Below, one piece after another: positions 19,027-19,517 of a DNA stretch of 19,517 bases. How positions within the stretch are numbered: the first letter of the stretch is position 1; every line of letters starts with the position of its first letter. Position numbers and translations under genes: made by a program. Under the pieces are notes generated by a model. That model had not been told where the DNA came from. It saw only the letters and a list, made by a program, of their open reading frames with translations, and ran no database searches. Source of the DNA: a bacterium (GTDB lineage: Bacteria; DUMJ01). The DNA lies in contig JBMFMV010000036.1 in NCBI GenBank assembly GCA_049970495.1, forward strand, positions 1 through 19,517, written 5' to 3'.

Positions 19027-19517
19027 CTAGTCACAGTCACCTTCTTTAAAAATCTTGGATGATCAGGATTAAACCCCTTATCCAAGGCTAATTTATTAGA
19101 AAATATCTGAAAAACAGGAGTAAAAAGCAATGGACTTAGTATTTCGCTGACCTTGTATGGTATAAAAAATTCATTCTTTCTACCATCTAATTCCTCGAGA
19201 CTAAATATGAAGATATCACTTGTCTTTTCCCTAAGTATATCTATAACATCTTTAAGATGCCTATTGGTTGGCCCTAGGGGAAGGAACACAAAAATAGGCA
19301 ACTGATATGAAACCAAAGCCAAAGGTCCATGTAAAAAGTCGGCAGAACTGAATGCCTCAGCAAATATATAAGAAGTCTCTTTGAGCTTTAGAGAGAATTC
19401 CATAGCAGTAGGATAGTTAAAACCTCGCCCTATAGATATACATCTATCCATAAAGTGAAATCTAGTTACTTCTATATTAAAAGCCTCATTTATTATCCCC
19501 TCTATATAAAGAGGTAT
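19023..19517 (-). CDS. SIS-domain sugar-phosphate isomerase/deaminase (GlmS C-terminal-like, NagB-II/GlmD type), 5'-truncated by the window edge
   Basis: GRG.NYP.A.E..LKLKE, F.HGP.ALV, G.NPD.PR.L.KVT. The frame stays open from 19451 to the window end (IPLYIEGIINEAFNIEVTRFHF). Confidence 0.85.
   Translation of the reverse strand: MPLYIEGIINEAFNIEVTRFHFMDRCISIGRGFNYPTAMEFSLKLKETSYIFAEAFSSADFLHGPLALVSYQLPIFVFLPLGPTNRHLKDVIDILREKTSDIFIFSLEELDGRKNEFFIPYKVSEILSPLLFTPVFQIFSNKLALDKGFNPDHPRFLKKVTVTR

Noticed and set aside
19023..19451. Complete 142-aa protein, or a glmS pseudogene
   Set aside because: The frame is open to the window edge, so the gene is simply truncated by the window; the C-terminus (LKKVTVTR) differs from the GlmS consensus LAKSVTVE.

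Overview
AT-rich, gene-dense bacterial chromosomal window. The composition and gene set are reminiscent of a thermophilic anaerobe such as Dictyoglomus, but that is an unverified impression. From left to right: a stand-alone family-5 solute-binding protein (SBP); an AbrB-regulator/DrrAB-type ABC-2 exporter operon; an EbgA/LacZ-type GH2 beta-galactosidase; a Gfo/Idh/MocA oxidoreductase; a NitT/TauT-like ABC transporter with no SBP gene (internally duplicated permease plus ATPase with a C-terminal AAA-associated domain), overlapped by a divergent ECF S-component-like gene and then pcrA. On the minus strand follow a PreA/DHOD-like Fe-S flavoprotein with no adjacent PreT partner, an IclR regulator, an MsbA-like exporter, an endonuclease III-like glycosylase, a small Cys-containing ORF and a window-truncated SIS-domain protein. 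I saw no CRISPR array, RNA gene, phage gene or transposase. Most of the region is ordinary metabolism and housekeeping. The best candidates for something undescribed are (i) the SBP-less ABC importer plus S-component-like module with unusual expression signals, (ii) the IclR-linked PreA-like enzyme with altered substrate-binding motifs, and (iii) a Cys-to-His substitution in the glycosylase Fe-S motif. All family calls come from motif recognition by eye, not from database searches.
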